From: an uncultured Candidatus Saccharibacteria bacterium
GTDB taxonomy: Bacteria; Patescibacteriota; Minisyncoccia; UBA6257; WO2-44-18
Direction: 5' to 3'
DNA: 46,897 bases
Assembly (NCBI GenBank): GCA_964360605.1
Contig: CAYHXN010000003.1
Coordinates: 1 to 46,897 of the forward strand
Part shown: one piece after another, positions 42,982 through 46,897 of the stretch
How the letters are laid out: every line of letters begins with the position of its first letter
How positions within the stretch are numbered: position 1 is the stretch's first letter
Position numbers and translations under genes: made by a program
The notes under the pieces: model-generated
The model's database searches: none
Told to the model about the DNA's origin: nothing
Seen by the model: only the letters and a program-made list of their open reading frames with translations

Positions 42982-43669
42982 TTAGTTGTTTGTTGATAAT
43001 CAGCTGTTGCCCGATAGAAAACAGGGAAGTAACCAGCCAGTAGAGGCCGACAGCCGACGGCAAGGAGAAAAGGAGGACTACCGTAAGAACCGGACCGACA
43101 AAGACCATACTACGGGCTACCTTAGCCGCGGGATCTTGGGGATCACCGGCCGTCTTTGGCAAAGCTAGCCGTCCTTGAAAATACTGGGCAATAGCCGCCA
43201 AACTAACAATTAATATACTTCGAGTTTGTAAATCAATCAAGCCCAAGAAAGAATGGTAGATCTCTTGGGGGGCTGCTATGAAATCATACAAATTAGACAT
43301 TGCTTCTGCCGTAAAGCCCCCTAAAAACAACTTATAGAGGGTAATGAGTATTGGCAGTTGAAGTAAGATGAGAACAAATCCAGAAAAAGGATTAACTTTG
43401 TGCTCTTTATATAGAGCCATAAGCGCTTGAGCTTGTTTTTCCCGATTATCTTTATGATCGTGTTGGATCTTTTTGATATGAGGCTGGATACGCTGCATCA
43501 AAGTCTGGTTTTTAAAGCTTTTATAAAAAAACGGGTAGAGTAGGGTTCGGATAACGACGGTTAGAAGAATAATGGCTATTCCTAAATCTTCAAAAGCGAC
43601 ATATTTATAAAGGAAAACCAGCCCGTTAAAAAGCGGTTGATATAAGATTGTGTTGAATAGTTCGGACAT
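42944..43669 (-). CDS. yidC: membrane protein insertase YidC (short form)
   Basis: Typical short YidC/Oxa1 pattern (ILYQPLFN, LLYPF, MQRIQP, KVNPFSG, LPILI). Conserved rnpA-yidC-jag order. Confidence 0.9.
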   Translation of the reverse strand: MSELFNTILYQPLFNGLVFLYKYVAFEDLGIAIILLTVVIRTLLYPFFYKSFKNQTLMQRIQPHIKKIQHDHKDNREKQAQALMALYKEHKVNPFSGFVLILLQLPILITLYKLFLGGFTAEAMSNLYDFIAAPQEIYHSFLGLIDLQTRSILIVSLAAIAQYFQGRLALPKTAGDPQDPAAKVARSMVFVGPVLTVVLLFSLPSAVGLYWLVTSLFSIGQQLIINKQLNGTNQITSPKTP

Positions 43670-43677
43670 AGTAATGT

Positions 43678-44004
43678 TTAATTAGTTAATTGGTTGGCTA
43701 AAGCAGAAAGACTTGACTGCAGTTGCCTCTTATCTATATTTGCCGCATTAGGAGAAAAAATTATTAGGTAATCGGCAATCGGCAATTTGTTTTTTACAAC
43801 CTGGAAAAAATTAAAGGATTGCCTTTTCAAATAATTGCGTTTAACTGCCTTTTTAGAGACCTTATTGCTAATAATAACACCAAACCGGCTATAAGGAAGA
43901 TTTCCGGAAAATATTTTCAAGTTGAAAAGCGGGCTTCTGATAATTTTGCCGGATTTTTTACCGACAAAAAGCTGAATCGGCAATTTGTATCGCTTAGTAA
44001 TCAA
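43678..44004 (-). CDS. rnpA: ribonuclease P protein component
   Basis: Basic 108-aa protein with KKAVKRNYLKRQ (RNR-like motif). TTG start. Follows rpmH. Confidence 0.8.
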   Translation of the reverse strand: MITKRYKLPIQLFVGKKSGKIIRSPLFNLKIFSGNLPYSRFGVIISNKVSKKAVKRNYLKRQSFNFFQVVKNKLPIADYLIIFSPNAANIDKRQLQSSLSALANQLTN

Positions 44005-44040
44005 GTTAATAAGCCAATGAGAGCCCGGCTCATTAACTGG

Positions 44041-44175
44041 CTAAACAGAGAGTCGTTTTCGGCCCTTTTGGCGACGATGTCTAAGCACGCGTTGGCCGCC
44101 AGTTTTACGACTACGCTTCAAGAATCCGTGGGTTCTCGCTCTTTTTCTCTTTTTTGGTTGGTAAGTTCTAGACAT
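44041..44175 (-). CDS. rpmH: 50S ribosomal protein L34
   Basis: Not in the track (44 aa). The reverse strand reads [44 protein letters not shown]. Confidence 0.95.
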   Translation of the reverse strand: MSRTYQPKKRKRARTHGFLKRSRKTGGQRVLRHRRQKGRKRLSV

Positions 44176-44314
44176 AATAAAATTATTCTAATAAAAATCC
44201 GCGAAAATATCAATTGGGGGTAAGATTTTAGAAAAAATAGTTATGCACAGAAAATTCACATGTTATTACAAATTGTCAATTTGACGGACTGGCTACGAGA
44301 ACTAAAATTAACTA
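44176..44314. other. rpmH-dnaA spacer with a DnaA box (candidate oriC part 1)
   Basis: TTATGCACA at 44241-44249 fits TTATNCACA. AAATTCACA at 44252-44260 fits 7 of 9. Confidence 0.5.
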
Positions 44315-45676
44315 ATGGAACACAATGAAGTTTGGAAGGTTGCTTTGGGAGAAATTGAATTACAAATTTCCAGACCGAACTTTTTAACTTGGTTTAGAAA
44401 CACTTCATTGTTAGGAAAAAAAGAGGGCATCGCCGTTGTTGCTCTGCCAAATACTTTCGCCAAAGAATGGGTAGAAAATAAATACGGAAAAATTGTTCTA
44501 CGGGCTCTCCGCGGAATTGATGAAACCACCAAAAGAGTGGACTACGTCGTGAACGGGGATTATAAAATGCCGGCGGTAAAAGAAAAGCCGTCGGTCAATG
44601 TCCGGTTGGCCTCGTCAGAACAGCTGGGTTTTCCGGAATTTAAGATTGATCCGGAAACAAACCTAAATCCTAGATACGGTTTTAATACTTTTGTAGTCGG
44701 AAAGTCTAATGAGTTAGCCTACACCGCCTGTATGGCCATCGCTGACGTGGTCGGCAGTAAATATAATCCATTATTTATCTATGGAGGTGTTGGCGTCGGA
44801 AAAACGCACCTGATTCAAGCGGTCGGCAACGAAATAAAAAATCGTTATCAAAACCAGATCAAGGTAAAGTACGTCCCTTCCGAAAAATTCACTAACGATG
44901 TCATTGCCGGCATTAGAACCAAAAGAATGGAAGCGGTAAAAGAAAAGTATCGGCTCATTGATGTTTTGATTGTAGACGATATTCAGTTCATAACCGGCAA
45001 AGGAACTACCGAAGAAGAGTTCTTCCATACCTTTAATGCTTTGTATGAAAATAATAAACAAATTATTATCTCTTCCGATCGGCCGCCGAACTTCACTCCG
45101 ACTCTTCATGAAAGATTAAAGTCCCGTTTTGCCGGAGGAATGACAATAGGTATTGATTATCCTGATTACGAATTAAGAATGGCGGTTTTAAAAGGTAAGG
45201 TTCAAGAAAAACGCTACTCCTTGGACGAGTCTTATCTTAAAATAATTGCCGCTAAAGCTAATAAAAATCTCAGGGAGCTTGAGGGTTTATTAAATCAAAT
45301 AATCTTCTATCAACAAAATAAGGGGGAGTTGAATAATAAGGTGGTGGAACAATTAATTAATCAAAACCTTCAAGAACCGTCCCGAAACGCCAATCCTACG
45401 GAAATTATAAACTGCGTGGCAGAGTTCTATGACATCGCCCCAATAGACTTAATGGGACGCTGTCGGAAAAAAGAATTAGTGGCACCGCGCCAAATTGCTA
45501 TGTATCTTTTAAGGGACGTCTTAAGTCTTTCTTATCCGGCAATTGGTGAGAAGCTGGGGAAAAGAGACCACACAACTGCTATCTACGCGTGTGAAAAGGT
45601 GGGAGAAAGTATTAATAAAAACCATAAACTCAACCAGGATATTCTAATGATTAAAGATATGGTCAGTAAAAGTTAA
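44315..45676 (+). CDS. dnaA: chromosomal replication initiator DnaA
   Basis: AAA+ Walker A GGVGVGKTHL, Walker B LIVDDIQF, and a C-terminal DNA-binding helix DHTTAIYA. Confidence 0.97.
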   Translation: MEHNEVWKVALGEIELQISRPNFLTWFRNTSLLGKKEGIAVVALPNTFAKEWVENKYGKIVLRALRGIDETTKRVDYVVNGDYKMPAVKEKPSVNVRLASSEQLGFPEFKIDPETNLNPRYGFNTFVVGKSNELAYTACMAIADVVGSKYNPLFIYGGVGVGKTHLIQAVGNEIKNRYQNQIKVKYVPSEKFTNDVIAGIRTKRMEAVKEKYRLIDVLIVDDIQFITGKGTTEEEFFHTFNALYENNKQIIISSDRPPNFTPTLHERLKSRFAGGMTIGIDYPDYELRMAVLKGKVQEKRYSLDESYLKIIAAKANKNLRELEGLLNQIIFYQQNKGELNNKVVEQLINQNLQEPSRNANPTEIINCVAEFYDIAPIDLMGRCRKKELVAPRQIAMYLLRDVLSLSYPAIGEKLGKRDHTTAIYACEKVGESINKNHKLNQDILMIKDMVSKS

Positions 45677-45781
45677 CAAGTAATCAACAGGGATTAGGGA
45701 TTAAGAATTGGAAATTAAGAACAAAATTAGGTTTATCAACAAATTAACACCCCCCTACTATTACTACTAATTAATAATATT
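45677..45781. other. AT-rich dnaA-dnaN spacer with degenerate DnaA boxes (candidate oriC part 2 / unwinding element)
   Basis: TAATCAACA at 45681-45689 and TTATCAACA at 45733-45741, each one mismatch from TTATCCACA. Very AT-rich tail. Confidence 0.45.
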
Positions 45782-46897
45782 ATGAAACTTATAGTATTAA
45801 GGAATAATTTAAAATCTGGTTTGTCGGCTGTGGAAAGAGCGGTTACAGAAAACTCCGCTTTACCTATTTTAAAAAACGTTTTAATTAAAACTTTTAATAA
45901 TAGAATTAAATTAGTTGGAACTAATTTAGAATTAGGAATCTCTTGTCTTGTTTCAGGGAAAATAATAGAAGAGGGGGAGGTTAACGTACCTTTTGGAGTT
46001 TTATACGGGATTATTAATAATATTGATTCAGAAAAAGTTTCTTTAGAATCGGAAAAAAATAATCTTCATATTAAAACGGATAATTATAACGCGGTGATTC
46101 AAGGAGTTTCATCGGAAGAATTTCCAATAATTCCGAAAATAGAAAACACGGAATATAATTTAGAATTAAACGGAGAAGTTTTAAAAAATTCCCTACTCAA
46201 AGTTTCTTCTTCTGTTCAAATCTCTGAAATCAGACCGGAAATTAGCGGTGTTTTGTTTGATTTTCAAATAACGATATTAAAAATAGCGGCTACCGATAGT
46301 TTTCGTTTATCTGAAGTAACTTTAATTAATAATCAATACACCACTAATCTAAGAAAAGGTTTTAAAGTAATTATTCCTTTAAAAACAATCCAAGAACTTA
46401 TTAGAATTATTCCGGACGATAAACAAGTGACTATTCAAATTGATCCAAATCAAATTTTATTTAAAAACGAAGACGTAGAAATAATTTCCCGATTAATAGA
46501 CGGGAATTATCCGGATTACGAACAAATCATTCCAAAAGAATTTGGTTTAGAAGTTCAAATTAATAAAGGACACGCTTTAAACGCTATTAAATTAGTGAGT
46601 AATTTTAGCGGTAAAGGGAATGATATTTTATTAAAAATCGCCGATGGGAAAAAAGCTGTGGAAATTTATTCTTCTAATCAATATTTAGGAGAGAATAAGT
46701 ATCTCATACCGGCAAAAATCAAAGGCGATAATAACGGTATTGTGGTTTTTAACTGGAGATATTTATTAGATGGTCTCAAGATTATGGATTCAGAAGAAAT
46801 AATATTTGGAATGAATGGAGAAAGTAAGCCGGCAACTATAAAGCCGGCAAACAATCAGTCTTATTTTTATATCTTAATGCCGATTAAGAATAGTTAA
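45782..46897 (+). CDS. dnaN: DNA polymerase III beta sliding clamp
   Basis: 371 aa with a typical N-terminus (MKLIVLRNNLKSGLSAVERAV...LPILKNVLI). Follows dnaA. Confidence 0.93.
   Translation: MKLIVLRNNLKSGLSAVERAVTENSALPILKNVLIKTFNNRIKLVGTNLELGISCLVSGKIIEEGEVNVPFGVLYGIINNIDSEKVSLESEKNNLHIKTDNYNAVIQGVSSEEFPIIPKIENTEYNLELNGEVLKNSLLKVSSSVQISEIRPEISGVLFDFQITILKIAATDSFRLSEVTLINNQYTTNLRKGFKVIIPLKTIQELIRIIPDDKQVTIQIDPNQILFKNEDVEIISRLIDGNYPDYEQIIPKEFGLEVQINKGHALNAIKLVSNFSGKGNDILLKIADGKKAVEIYSSNQYLGENKYLIPAKIKGDNNGIVVFNWRYLLDGLKIMDSEEIIFGMNGESKPATIKPANNQSYFYILMPIKNS

Overview
This is a 46.9-kb low-GC bacterial chromosome segment, about 35-45% GC in the 60-nt lines I counted. It ends in a canonical replication-origin neighbourhood: jag-yidC-rnpA-rpmH on the minus strand, a DnaA-box spacer, dnaA, an AT-rich spacer, then dnaN.

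Left third: minus-strand housekeeping genes. These are asd, a thrA-like aspartokinase/homoserine dehydrogenase preceded by a five-Thr-codon leader peptide attenuator, tyrS, a pgsA-like gene, clpP, tig, a membrane pyrophosphatase and nusA.

Middle, 13-25 kb: an accessory-looking patchwork.
- Three tRNAs without encoded CCA (Lys-CTT, Arg-TCG, Pro-CGG), plus cca and yraN.
- Three paralogous HExxH lipoprotein or membrane proteins.
- A 1078-aa Cys-repeat/Kazal/LamG surface protein.
- A family of 18-bp ATGTTT..AAACAT palindromes.
- A 269-bp noncoding element closed by perfect 19-bp inverted repeats.
- Two roughly 60-70% GC single-gene cassettes in mirror orientation. Each has a near-consensus sigma70 promoter, a long leader, a strong SD, a hairpin terminator and the same CCCGCC/GGCGGG double-hairpin repeat (30 bp identical, 56 bp extended).

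Right third: a LysM-M23 peptidase, then a UvrD/PcrA-like helicase and RsmA. The helicase, like cca and yraN, carries in-frame palindromic insertions. A 13-kb plus-strand cluster follows, encoding a minimal Gram-positive-type T4SS-like apparatus: a VirB6/TrbL-like protein, a PrgI/VirB3-like protein, a VirB4 ATPase split into two ORFs, and a VirB2-like pilin. These sit among secreted and membrane orphan proteins, with no relaxase, coupling protein or integrase in the window.

The gene content suggests a Patescibacteria/CPR-like organism, but this is inference only. All functional calls rest on motif recognition by eye; no database search or folding program was available.
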